DNA of 64,000 bases from Strigamia acuminata (Eukaryota): NCBI GenBank assembly GCA_949358305.1, contig OX442314.1, positions 18,290,001-18,354,000 of the forward strand, read 5' to 3'. The number at the start of each line of letters is the position of its first letter. The first letter of the stretch is position 1. Positions 27,727 to 42,000 of the stretch are shown here, one piece after another. The translations under genes were made by a program, and so were the position numbers. The notes under the pieces are model-generated. The model saw only the letters and a list, made by a program, of their open reading frames with translations, was not told the DNA's origin and ran no database searches.

Positions 27727-30400
27727 ATGTCCAATCCAGTGTAAGTAATAATTTTTTTTTCTCGAAAGTAACGTATCAGTGAATATTTAGTCATGTCGCG
27801 TTTCACAAATTGAATGACAGTTATTTTTTTCCTCTAATTTTTTCATAAATTGGATTTTTTTTTTTCAAAACACCTTGACCTTGCCCTTTGGTTGCTTAGG
27901 AGACGCTTGTGGTTGCTCCTATTTCCCTGGGTCGCTAAGCTTTTTAACTTTAAACAAGGAGTGGTTTTTGTACAGTAAATAGAACCCTGGGTTCTTTTTT
28001 GTTTGTTTTTTAATATTTGATTTTCTTTTATTTGTTCCAACTATCAAATATTTTCCTTGAATGACTTGCACTTTATTTTCTAACTTGTAAATTAAACGTT
28101 AGATAATAAATTGTATAAGATTTTTTGTTCACACATATATTTATTGTTTTGCAATTTCGTACAAATTTAAAAAAATGTAAACTTCACGCCATATTGAATA
28201 ACCTCTCAAGCTTAACTGTAATTCTGGAAATTGTGTCAAACCTTGCGTCAACTTTTAAAGAACTCATTTTTTTTCCGACAAGTTTACTTCAACGGTACCT
28301 CTTGAAATTACATTTTATAAATCATGGGAAACGCTGCCTGCTCCAAACAAAAAGAGGAACAAGTGTAAGGAAACTTTAGTGCAACAGCGAGAGTGTTAAT
28401 CAATTTATTATTTAACCAAATTTAAAAAATTACATAATTACAAAATTTTAATTTGTTTTTTTCGTGTTTTAGTGCCGATATTGCCATGATTGGCTTGGCC
28501 GTCATGGGCCAGAATTTAGTACTTAACATGAACGACCATGGGTTTGTGGTAAATTTATATACTAATTCTCATCATAGTAGTCAACAAAATGATAATTTTT
28601 TTCTTTTCTAGGTTTGTGCTTACAACCGCACTACTGCCAAAGTGGACCAATTTCTCGCAAACGAAGCAAAAGGGACCAAAGTGGTCGGCGCTCACTCTCT
28701 CGAGGAAATGGTCAGTAAATTGAAGAAGCCACGTCGTGTTATGATGCTCGTTAAAGGTAATTTTAAATGACCTTGCAAATGGCCTTGTAATGTTGAATAA
28801 TTGCTGAGTAATCGTTCGATTGTAGCTGGAAGTGCGGTGGATGATTTCATCGAGAAGTTGGTACCTCTTTTGGAAAAGGGAGATATTATCATTGACGGTG
28901 GGAATTCTGAATACCAGGATACTGACAGACGTTGTAAAACTTTGAAGGAAAAGGGTATTTGGTTTGTTGGCTCTGGTGTTAGTGGAGGAGAGGATGGAGC
29001 TCGGTATGGACCCTCACTTATGCCTGGTGGACAGAAAGAAGCTTGGTAAAAGGAATTTTATATTTTTGTTTATAAATGATGAGAATATTTTAATTTAGGC
29101 CACACATTAAAGCGATTTTCCAAGGCATTGCGGCTAAGGTCGACAATGAGCCATGTTGCGATTGGGTAATTTTATTTTTTAGAGATTTTAATTATTGTTA
29201 AATTTTTCATACTTTCTTCAAAGGTTGGTGAAGATGGGTCTGGTCATTTTGTGAAAATGGTTCACAATGGAATCGAATACGGGGACATGCAATTAATCGG
29301 TGAAGCTTACCATTTATTAAAAGATTCTTTGGATTTATCCCACGATGAAATGAGTGATGTATGAATTGTTATTTCTGATTATTAATTTAATTTTCAACTT
29401 GAGTGAAATTTAACCATAGATTTTTGGCGAATGGAACAAAGGAGAATTGGATTCTTTTCTCATTGAAATAACTCGCGACATTTTGAAATTCAAAGACGAC
29501 GATGGAAAGCCATTAGTCGAGAAAATCTTGGATTCAGCCGGACAGGTCACTATTTAAACCACTGCTAATTTTGATCGATTAAATGGGCGACTAAAATTTC
29601 AGAAAGGAACCGGAAAATGGACCGCAATAGCGTCGTTGGAGTACGGCATGCCCGTAACCCTAATCGGTGAATCCGTGTTTGCTCGATGTTTGTCCTCGTT
29701 GAAAGCCGAACGAGTAATTGCTAGTAAGCAATTGAAGGGACCAAAAGAGACCAAGCATAAGGGCGACAAGAAACAATTTGCCGAGCACGTTAGAAAGGTA
29801 ATTCATAATTCCCCGGTGCTGTTATTATAGTAGATTTATTTACAAACTTAACCTATTAATTGTTTTTAGGCTTTATACGCGTCTAAAATTGTGTCGTACG
29901 CTCAAGGTTACATGTTGCTTCGCGAGGCTGCAAAATTATTTAATTGGGATTTAAATTACGGAGGAATTGCGCTCATGTGGCGAGGAGGTTGCATCATTCG
30001 TAGTGCCTTTTTGGGAAATATCAAAGCGGCGTTTGAAAAGGACAAATCCTTGAGTAATTTACTGCTCGACGACTTCTTCCGGAAAGCTATTGATGATTGC
30101 CAGGATTCATGGCGTTTGGTCATCATGGAGGCAGTCAAGCTAGGAATTCCCACTCCATGTTTTGCAACTGCCCTCGCCTTCTACGATGGATACCGTTCGG
30201 AAAATCTTCCAGCCAATTTAATACAAGTATTTAAATTCATTCAAGGTCTATGCAGGTTTCACGACGTTAACTCTTTGCAGGCACAACGAGATTACTTCGG
30301 CGCCCACACTTACGAACTTCTCGCTTCCCCGGGGAAATTCGTTCATACCAACTGGACCGGCCACGGTGGCAATGTGTCTGCCTCCACTTATAAAGCTTAA
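27727..30400 (+). CDS. PGD: 6-phosphogluconate dehydrogenase, decarboxylating, multi-exon
   Basis: [95 protein letters not shown]. Confidence 0.98.
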
Positions 30401-30644
30401 ACCATCTCGCGACGACCATGATATTCAGCACTAATCAAATTTTGAACAAATCTATTTTTTCTGATGATATTTAGCTGTTGCATTAAATTTGAATGAAACT
30501 AAGTATTGAACAATGTTTGCCTTTATTTACGTTTATATAAATTTCATATCCCATAATGAGTTTTCTTGAAAATGAAAAAAAAAGCAACTGGCCAAGAAAA
30601 TTATAAATCCGAATCAGTGACGCATATTACACCAAACTGAAATG

Positions 30645-32476
30645 TCACGAGCTTTTTTCTTTTTTGGTCCGTTTTCTGTTTTTACACGTATCCTTTTCCA
30701 ATTCTTCTTGGTTCACAATTTCAAAACCGTTTGTCTCCTCACTTTCGGAATCCGTTTGATCTCGTTCTGACGTTTCCTTCTCTTCCCCTTCTTTACTTTT
30801 TATAGATTTTGTCTTCTCCGTCGTTTCTTGCTTCTCGCTGCCCTTGTATTCATACTGAAAAACAAACAAACAAAAATTTATCAAGCCTCGTGATTCGTTG
30901 AGCAATATGCACGATATCAACCTTGAATAAGGGCCAAAAGGATTCGAAAAAACCAACGTCTTCGGTCAGATTTGGTAATATCCATAAATGATGTTTTCCG
31001 AACGACACCAACCAAATCACGCAGAAAGTGATCAGACGCACTAAATATTCAAAAACTCGCTTTAATCCGAGTAAAGTCGTTTTTAATAGAATATTTACTT
31101 ATGATTAAGGCAACGATGACGCAGAGAAACGCAGCAGCTGCCACACTCACGTAGTAAACGCCTTTTCGCACTGAAGAAGGCCAAAGAGGAAAAAGACAGA
31201 GCAGAATGGCACCCACAACTAAACAACAAGCAATAAAAGTTACACTTAATTACGCAATCAAATATAATTGAATGTTTTACCCAATAAACTGCCAATTAAC
31301 CAAGCTGTTGTTGGTATAGGATCGTAAATCCAAACGTACGCCTTAAAAACATTAAATTATTATAATGATCAATTAAATTTAGTGCTTACTCACTTCGCTT
31401 CCATCCACAAATATTTGTTCCAAATGCATATCAAGTTTGATTTTTCTCTTTTCCTTCTTTTTTTCTTTATCGCCCGAAACATCCTTTGGTAACGCCAACT
31501 GTAAACAATAGAATTTAGCCGTAATATAAAGATCAGACGGTTGTTTTCGAGCCGTTTTACTTGTTTGTTTTTCGACTCGCTATCTTTATCCTTTTTCTTC
31601 TTTTCCACGCTTTTCTTTTCCTCTTTATCGTTCGGATTACTACTATCGTCTTGATCTTTTAGTTTCTTTTTTGTTTTTACATCTCTTTGGGATATTAAGA
31701 TTTTTTTGGCGCGATGGAAAAATTTATGAATGAGCATCCTAATAAATAAAAAATAAAATAAATAAAAAATTTGAAAATAATTAAATTAAACTTACGTATT
31801 TAAATATTCAATAACCGATTCCCTCGATGTAAACAGAGCTTCTTTTCCTTTCTTATTCGTTGCCCATGGCGAATCTAGTAAACATTCCACAGCTTTGGAT
31901 GCTGAAAACCAAAGAAATATCATTTTAGTCAACAAAAATAAATTATTCTGTTTAATTAATTATACAAACCAATGAAATATTCCACTTTATGGCTTAACAA
32001 ACTTGCTTTCTTCAATGGTACATGGTTCCTCATATATTTGGCCACCGCATACTCTTCTTTCGACGGTTTTTCGTCCACTTCCTACCGGATACAAAACATT
32101 CAAAGGGTTAATACAGCTGGCTGACGTGTCAACTGTCAGGTGTATACATATGTAACTTGACTAAATAAAGATCGAACAAAACTTAATAATTTAATCATCT
32201 TAACTTGATCGCTATTAAAAATTGTACACATCAGAATTATTAATTGGATTTCGCTTAATATTTTTATTAAACAGATGTTTACAAGATAGATTTAGGCCTA
32301 CACGATAAACGTGTTGCCGTTGCTGCTAAGAATCAGTTTGAACAGAATCAATGGTACATTGTTTAGGTAAATTTTTATATCGACAACATACATGGAACAG
32401 AAAAATATACGAAATCTGTACATATGAAAGATCCATTTACCTCCTTCCGCTTTCGACCTTTGCGTTTGTCAGCCAT
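30645..32476 (-). CDS. SEC62: Translocation protein SEC62, multi-exon
   Basis: MADKRKGRKRKE|EVDEKPSKEEYAVAKYMR, KAVECLLDSPW, Lys-rich loop, YVWIYDP, LFPLWP, HHLWILPNLTEDVGFFESFWPL, acidic tail with NGFEIV. Confidence 0.95.
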
Positions 32477-33003
32477 AACACATCAGACCGCCACAACACA
32501 ACTAAACTTCCCTACCCACGATATATTAATCGATTCTCCCACTCCGATGCCTCAACTGAAAATAACTTCACAATCGCCATTTTGTTTCCAAGTGTATAAC
32601 CACAATTTTCCTACATCAAAAGAAAAGAATTATATTTTAAATTTTATAAAACGAAATATAATATCTTCTACAACGAAATCATTTCAAAATAACATCAAGT
32701 TTAGAAAATAAATTATTACACATAAACGCCATTTTAGTTCCAAACAAAAATAATTTTGCTCTCCTTCAGACTCCCAGCAGGCGGGGCAGTCAGCTGCTGC
32801 TAGCATCATTGATTCTCAGGCGGCATGTCATATTTTTCAGTGAGGGAATACGTGCTCGGTGTAAGTAACCGAGCCTCAGCTGTGGCTGTGCGGAAGACAT
32901 TCGCAGTTTCCACCCTCCAGTATTTAGCCAGGAATGAAGTAGACTCATAAGCGCCACGCCAGCCTTAGAACCGTTCCTCGAACGAACGTTTTCGCTCCGG
33001 AAA

Positions 33004-36000
33004 ATGATGGAGGACGATCTAGCGCTGGCCAAAGCGCTGGCCAACCTGAACGTTAACCACGCTGTCCATCCGTCGTCAACCACGTGGGACTCATCGTCGG
33101 CTTCTCCTCCCTCGCAGGACTCCAATTCGAGTGACTCAGCATCGTCAACCTTGACAATAGACTTAAGGAAATCAGCCTCAATGATAAAAGGAAAAGTTGC
33201 CAGTTTTAGGTACAGGTAACTTTGTTTTTAAGCGAACGAAAACCCCAAAAAAAACTTTAAATTAAGTTGTACAAATTAACATGCGACTTCTTTAGGTATA
33301 AATTTTACAAAATATTTTTATTGCGGTTTTCTTTTGAAATATTTTTTTTTTTTTTTTTTCTTTTCAAGACATGTATACGAGTTGTAAACAATTATTATTT
33401 TGAAGGAAAGTTTTTATTACACGCATAATTTTATCAAAAAGTCTAAGTTTTTTCCTACCCCATTTGAACTTGAAGGGAAAACTGAAAAGATTTTTTTTCT
33501 TTCTATATTTAATTTCCGAGTTTTTTTCTTTCTATATTTAAACCAGTTTTGGAAAAGAAGTAATCAAATGATTGAAGGAATGATGGAATAAATTTTAATA
33601 CAATATATTGGAATGAATTTTATAATCCAATATTTGTGATTTTGCAGTAATATTATTTGTATTCTAACCGAGTTTTGAAGGTTGTCAGGGAGGCTTCATG
33701 TTTACAAATTATTATTTGATTGATATTGGAATGTGGGAAAGGTAATCTGTGTAATGATAAGTAAGTTTTTTTTGGGGGGAAATTTCAAGTTGGAAGGCCC
33801 TGATTATATAAAAACTTCACGCTTCAGTCTGAGTCGTGAGTGCGTGCTGGTAGAAAGTCAATTGGCAGTTTATGATAGTGGACAGGTTATGCAGATAAGC
33901 TATAAACTAAGGGGGAAAACTGTTCCTGAAATTTTACTAAAGACACCTTTTAACCTTTTTTTTATTTTTATTATTAATTATCAATTTTTTTTAAAATATT
34001 ACACACATTTTATAATTGAATTAGTTTATAAATCAAACGGACATTATCAAACCGGAAGTAAAAATGTGAAATTAAAAGAAAGAAAAAAGAAAAACCACTA
34101 AATGCAAATGAATGTATTTCGCCCACTTTGAAATAGGAGCCGAAAGGGTTTTTAAGACATTTTTTCTCCATCTCATAACGGTAAATTTTATTATCATTGT
34201 GGGAGGATCATCATAAATAAAGTGTAGCCAATAGCCATCGGTGGTAGAAAAAAAAAGGAACAAAGAATGTTTTTCACTCGTATTTAAATGTGTTTAAATG
34301 GGGTCATTTATTATTGATCGTTCTTCGCAATCTGAAAATTACAAAAGCCAATTTGTTTATCATTAATAATGGATTCTAATGGGGCAATGCTATCACTGGT
34401 TGACAGTGTTTACAGTCATTACATCTTGCAATTTGTGTCAGTTTACAAATTTTATCTTTCCAAAAAGTAAATTATTTAAAGGGTCAAGTGAGTTAACTTG
34501 GAGAAAAAAATTCTTATCTTTACTGCGTGATTTATTGCAAAAGAGGTAGGAAAGGGCCAAGCTTGTTTTTTGTTGTTTTCATTAAAGCCCCATAGTACAG
34601 CGCAGCTGCAGACATGCTGTAATTACCACCCGCGTTGTAGTGGAGACGGGAGACTCAAGAAAAAACATAAAAAAATCAGACACCCACAAAAAAATATTAG
34701 AAAAAAAAATGGCTGAATTATTATACGGTGACCTCATTTATTGTTGATTGTACCCAGATCTATAATCGAGATTCCGAGACCCGCGTTGCAGCACCCTGAC
34801 GCGTAATGATTTTTCTGAGAAAGAAAAATACAGTGATGTTTAATTTTTTTAAAAAAATTGATTTAGTTCACTCATTTAGCAATAGTTTTCGGTTTGGCGT
34901 TTTAACCGGAAGGCGGTGCGCCATACCGAAAGATTTACGGTACTTGGGCGTTGAGGTGAGAGATCTATATATGTTTTCTACTTTATTAGAAATCCACGCT
35001 TAAACATACACATAAATAAATAACTAAAGGACTGTATTGAATAGTTTACAATCCTCTTTTTAAAACAGCAATTACTTATTCAGCAGGAGAAAAAACCGAG
35101 GGAATAAATTAAAGATAGGAAATGAAAAAAGTCGAAAGAAAAAACTGTTGAAACAACATTTGCACATTAGCGCATTAGCGCGCTGTTTAGAATTCTAATC
35201 CTTTTAGAATGGATTTTATCACCTAGGAAATACTCACAAGAGTCATGTGAATGGGTGCCAATTAAGTACAATTGAAATTCCCACACTCAGGTGCGATTAA
35301 TTGTTCCCTAGATGCTAAAAAGTTTTTAAAAAATTGAAAATAATGAAGGGCGAGGAGTTTTATCCGTTAAACCTATGGTTAACAATAAATTTATAGGTAT
35401 AATTTGACCTGTACTGTAAAAGAAGTACATATAAGGTGGGAGATTGAGAGATCTGGGCACACCTGTTGATTTGCCACCTTGGCTTGCGCTCGCGGCCTCT
35501 CATTTCATCCTGGAGTAAAATTGCAATAATACTAGGTTTGGCTGCTTTCGTAAAAGTGTGAAACAAATTATATCCTCACACGTTTTGTTATGAAACTGGC
35601 AAATGATTTACGCAATGTCACGCAGGTTTATTGACACGCTGTGCACCTGTTTGCAGTCCAAACTAAGGGTCATTTTTTATATGCACGCCTCTTTAGTCTT
35701 TAGCCACTTCCATTAAACTTTAGGCCAAGGTTGTAAATGGACTCACTTCACAAAGACCAAAGTACACTGACATTGGCATTGGCCATTGGGTGTGAGGTGA
35801 AAGTGAATGGGGCAACTTGTTTGTTTTTTGTTTTTATTAGTCAATTTTCTAATTCAAATTACATGTGTTAGGGAGGGCATGGCGGACGAGGAAATTACAT
35901 TTTTCCGGACTGACAAAATGTCTGTTTTTCATTCATTGTAATTACTGCTTCAACCAGACGGCCTGAAGGATAGGATTGGTAAAATGTTTAAAGATAAAGA

Positions 36001-39000
36001 TAGTTATTTAAAGCTGAATATTTTGGCCGATTCTGTGAATGCATCTTAAACAGGATATTGAAAGATTTGCATGCTAAGTTATACTATTTCCATTTTTGTT
36101 TCAATGAACTCGTAATCGGTGGAATTTTCTCTTTTTTGGTTTGGAAAAAAAATGCTTGGGCTTGTTTATTTAAGCTTATTTATGTATTTAGGAAAGAAAA
36201 ATTGTTGTAAATCTGTGGGCGATGCTTCAATAAACAAATTGGTGTTTGTTTCCTGAAAGGTCGCTGCAGTGCGAATAAAATTAAAATCTGTTTGACCAGG
36301 TTTTTAAAATTGTAATTCTGGCGACTTGCAGGGAGTCGTTTGAAGAAATTTTTAATTGGGCCGTAAAACATGTGTTAGGATTCGTAGGACGTAAATAACG
36401 TTTCATGATCTGCAAATGTGCGACAAGAGTTTTTACGCGTAGAACTGCATCTAAACGAGTGTTTTTCTTGAGTTGCTCGGGTACTATTTTCGTTTGTTTA
36501 AGTAAACGTACAACATTTTAATACTCTGAAAAACACATACTTGAAACTGAAGCATCAAGTATGGCAGGTACTGCATTGTAGTTGTTTATGTGAGCCGTGC
36601 ACTGCAGCCAAATGAACTGTTTTTGCAAAGCATCAACATCAACAAAAACATCTTGAAAACTGACAAATGTGAGAATGCAAATGGATGGTTAAGAGAGATA
36701 ATAACATCGCTTAACTATTGAATGGCTTAATTGAAGGTGACTTATGTAAATGTTCAATTTGGACGTGGACTACATGTTAATGTGCATGCTTAAGTCATTC
36801 TAGGTTCCGTCAATTTCGCTTTAAGTAAAAGCTGATTAAGAGAAATTAAATGTTGGAACTGTCACTTCGAGTTAAACATGCTAAGTCACTTAAGAAAATT
36901 ATGATTTGAAATGACATTTAAGTTGACTGAGGCAGTCAAATGAAATTGACTTTTTTTTCGGTCGTACTGTATTCAGCTTTAGTGCAGCATTGTAAAACAA
37001 ATAAAAATTTAACTGCTAATAAATACAATAAAGTTTTCCATGTGATTCAGTAAAAAATTCTTTTTACATTTCCTTTTATTGTAATGGGGGTGCCTAGACA
37101 GTTTGCCTTTTCGTTATTATTTGTTAAATGTTATAAAAATTTGTCTGCGGCCCACCTGTAATTTAACAATAGCCCCAATTTAACTTATTGTTCCGTATGG
37201 AAAACAGATTGCACACATTTTAATGACCAACAAAAATTTGTTTTGTTAATTAAAAGAGAGAGATTTTATATTTTGATCTATTAATCTTTGCATTCCCCAT
37301 AATGTTTTAAAGAGAATTTAATGATAAAAATAAATCAGATGTAAGTAATGCAAAGTGAGGAACTGAGGGTCTTTAGGGAGTTGTTTTATTTATGATCAAT
37401 AGGATTGAGCAAATAGAACGGGAGTTTCGAAATAATGAGGCAGATATCAAAGAAAAATATTAAGTATGAATCAACAGAAAACCAGCCTTACAATTTACTT
37501 GGCTTCTTCCGAACAACCAACACCAAACAAAACCAGACATTGCACATCCGGGTAACCACAACATAAAGCAGATCACTGCACCAAATCCTCAAAACACAAA
37601 ACCCACCACTAAACCAAACCCAACTCACCACACCACCAACAAATAACACGCAGTGAACACAATTGCCAATATTTTGATTAATATTCGTGAAAAAATTAAA
37701 CTTAAGATATATAAATGTCCAATTTTATCAAATACAGGTAGCAACACGCGCAAAAGAATGCAATTTGGTTGAGTAATGCTGAATACTCATGGGAAATTGA
37801 TGAATTCTGTTAATCTTTTATTACACTTTCTCAAAACTTCATCATATTTGGTAAAGTGCGTGTGCTGTGCATTAAAATGCATGAGGTGGGAGGAGGAGGA
37901 GGAGGAGTATTTGTAATTGACAGCTCATTTGATTAAGCTGTTCCTGTGACTGAGATACAAGCAGAGATAACGTGATAATAAATTGAGAAAGAAAAGGGGT
38001 GTATGGCGAATCCGTCGGCCTGAGAAACGGAAGTTGCATTTGGTTTGTCACGTTTATGTGGTGAACCAGGTCACGATTCGGTGGCTCAACCGTAGACACT
38101 GCTGGGCAAATATGAATGCAAATTTCTTTTTTCGTTTTGAATTTTTTAAGACCTTTTAACAATAGTGATTTTAAATTGCTTTCTCAGCGGTGGCCCATCT
38201 TGACTTTTTATCTGTTGATAATTTTAATTAAAGTTTTATTGTATTTACGATTCGTAGGCGGGAAAATTGACGACCCTAAAGGGGATACAAAATTATTATT
38301 ATTATTATTTATTATTATTATTAGGAGCATATAATTGACTTTCCGCTTGTAAAGTGTTCTCGTTCCTTTTGCGGAGTGACTCCATCTGGTGTTAACGGAG
38401 GAAAAGATTTGATATAAAGAAAAAACTGGAAAAATCGTATTTTAAAAAACGATGAATCGGAATTAATGATGTTGAAATAACTTAACTCGTTAATTTCTGG
38501 AAGATTTTCCACGGAAATTATATTTTAAAAGACCTTTTATCCTTGAAAAGTGTGCAGTTTATTTTTGAGTGGGCAGCGATAAAAATCGATTGGTTGTCGA
38601 GTGGCTTTTACGACTATTAACTTGATTTGTTTCTTTTGCAACAGTTGGTTTTCATAGTAACAGGAAATTATTGATCGGTTTATACAAGTGGCTTGTGTTT
38701 AGGCTTAGTTTTCAACCACTTTCTTCCATGGAGGCGTTACTAACGTTAGTATTGTTAAACTTGTAATGTTTAATGTATGGTTTGAAGTTGACGGGGTTTG
38801 TGTCTTCTCAAACTGCTGCAAACTGATTTGCTGCTGCCAGAAGATGGAAACCCCGTACAAAATTTGGATTTTAGTTTTTAGAATAGTCGATAGTGTAGAA
38901 TATTTCTACATTTTTAATGTATCGGAGTAATCGGACACAGACTGGTGGTTTTGGATGACTTCATAGTTTTTAAAGGAAATTTCGCAACGATTTTCATGGG

Positions 39001-42000
39001 AAATGGGTAAGGTGATTTTTTTTTGAAAGTTTTAATTTTTTTCCTCTAATTTTTACAAATTTAGAATTTATATCTGTGAAATGTTTTTGAATTAACTAAA
39101 TTAAAGATTTACTAGGGCCTTTCAACCTTTTTCATGTCTAACAGACAAGATTAATGAAGTAGAAATTGAAAAACATGACATAAAAAAACACCACTGTACA
39201 TAAAGTTGAATCAAACGACATTTATAGGGTCTTAAATTACTGTCTGGAGGAATTTAAAGCTTCACACAATTAGCATTTATCATTAAAGAGTTTTTGAAAG
39301 TTTTATTTTCATACAATACGGTGGCGACATCTACCGGTGGGCTTAAAAACTATATTTTAGTGCTCAGTTTAGTCTTTACAGCCAAGAAAAGCAAATTCAT
39401 CTGAATATTTTATGAGAAATAGTGATAAGAAAAATACTAATAAAAAAAAATATATTAACAAAATTTTATTTTATTTATTTTTATTCGCATCAGATGTGGC
39501 ACGATTCAGTCTCATGATCACAGGTAAGAATCAAATTGCTCGTTGCCCAGTAGTGCATGAGTCTAGTCAGAATGTTTGAACAAATAAATAAACAAAACTC
39601 CCTCGTTTGTTTACGTTTTAGTGCGTAAGTTTAGAATCCCGTAGTGAATTTTACTGTAACAACACGCAATCTCTTTTTACCGAGTTACTCGTTTATTGAA
39701 CAACTCGTTATGCAATAATAATAATAATTATATTATATTGTTGATTGCATATTGAGTTGTAACATAAACCACAGCGAATGGCTAAATGGGACAGTGAAAT
39801 AGTCGACCTCTGAACAACTCGCGTGTAATTTCTGCTTTGGTAAACATTACTTCAAGAGTAATAGATAAGATAATTAAAAGTTTAGAAAATATCAAATTTA
39901 GTGATTATAGATTAAAAAGTAATTAAGATTTTTCAAAAAAAAATTGAGTCCGTTTTTAAATCTTAAACGGGCGTATCAGTTGTTAACTGTTGATAGGAAT
40001 TGGAAGTTTCACGCATGACATGACGTCATTTTACGGTGGCAATGATAAACAGCGGTCACGAAAAGGTGGCGTGAACATGGAATCACTTGTTGCGAGTTTG
40101 GGAAATGATTTAGGGTAAGCGTATGTGTTGTGAATGGAATTGTAGCCAAGGTGGTAAATAAAGAGCAAATGACCAGGTGGGCGAATGGGTGGAGTCAAAG
40201 GTGTGGGGAAAAAAAATGAAACCGCGCTTGCGCTGTGGGGTGTGGTGTGGTGTGAATGCATGTCGAGTGTAGAAAGAAAGTTCAGCGCAACAATTTACAC
40301 GTGAATTCTCACCTGAAGTCCCAATGAACCCCGTTCGGTGAGTGTGAAAACAATATAAAACAACGTTACGATGGAGAAATTAAAAATGAGCGCAAATTAT
40401 TTCGTTTGCCACCAGATGGCGATACCGACTTAATAACTATTTCTATACAAATACATTTGTAACATTTTTGTATGTAAAGCAAGCTATTTGACTATTCATT
40501 CAATTCAAGACGAACCACGTCACGTAGTTTCGGTCTTTTAACTTGAGTTTAATCGATCTTGTGTCGATTGTGTTGTGTAAGAAGTCAACGAACGTGTTGA
40601 CCCAAAATTGGCAACAAGTTTCTATATTCAGATTACGTCGGAAGGGGGAAAAAGAAAAAGAAAAATAATTGAGAGTCCGAAACAATGGAAAGTATTTGTG
40701 TACATTTTCAATGTTAACAAGTGTTTATAAATAAAGGCGATTTTACGTCATTCCCTTTCTCCCGCCAACGTCAAGTCAAGGAATGCGGTAAAAATCAAGG
40801 CCAGGTGGGGCAAACCTGACGTACAATTGACGTTTTTTTCCTCTTATCTATGGAGGAAAATTAAAATTAATGTTGTAGGGGAGAGAAAATGGAGTAGAAA
40901 GGCCATGTTTACCTTCATAAACCCTCCCCCATCTCTCTCCTTCATTCCCCTTGCGTCCAACTTTTTTTTTCGCTTTTCGACGTCCTTGAATTCGGTTTAA
41001 GAACGATGGATGTCAGGGAGAAACCCCCAACACAGACTATAAATCCAATTGCGGTTGATCACTTGACATCAACTCGCGTTCCGGGTAAGTTGAAGGCAAA
41101 TTGGCTTCCGTTGAAGCAGGAAGTCAATATGTCATTTTTTGCATGTCTTTTTTTTTCTCGGGGAGTGGGAGAAATGCATGGAATGATTCTTAATGAGATA
41201 CCGGTAAGAATGATTGGGGGATGAGGATTTAAAAAAAAAATGAAATTCGTGGAATCAAAATACATTATTTCTTCACATGTGTGAGTGGGTGCGATGAGAA
41301 TTCGTATCTAATTTGAAGGAAAACGCAATACAATTCATGGTTTTAAAATTATTGCTTTAATCTAATGTTTCTAATCATTTTATGAATAGAAATTTGTACT
41401 CCATAACTTAAATCTACTCCACTCGATCATTTATGCTATCGTTATCACGTATATAAAATTTCAAAAGTAGGCGCCATTTTGGTCTTACCGTCATTGCGGA
41501 TGCTTATTTCTAAAAAGTTTCGATATTTTTGGATTCATGAATTAAAAGTGAGGAAGTATTTACTTCACTACACCACACCTCATCGGATCACGTGGAAATT
41601 TATTTTTTTTCTGATATTATTGTTAATTGTGTATCTATATATGTAATTTCGTGTTTTTACTTCCTCTTCGTTTGACTCAAAAATGTATCTGCACGTTATT
41701 ATTAGCTCACTGAAGGAAAATTCTTACTTTTATGCATTTTATATTCACCTGTTGATGAGACAACACCAGAACCTTATTGGTTTGTCCTAAAGTGTGTGAC
41801 CAATTTCCTCTACCGATACATATAAATACCTATCTCAATAGATTGCAAAGTAATTCACAAATCCTTCTTTTAGGTCATTAATTAAAAAAAAAAAACTTTT
41901 TTTATTTCTTATATATTTATTTTTTTCTCTTTGTGTAGACGGACACGGTCCCTCAATGCTCCAAGTCCCATTCAGCAATTTGGACCTTGTGGACGCATTA

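Noticed and set aside
27876..27995. Two hairpins in PGD intron 1 resembling an H/ACA snoRNA or iron-responsive element
   Set aside because: No terminal ACA box after the second hairpin and no CAGUGN loop.
41006..41084. ATG-initiated exon candidate MDVREKPP... with donor G|GTAAGT in the NADK intron
   Set aside because: It ends in phase 1 while the next NADK exon needs phase 2. It could only be a non-coding or uORF exon.
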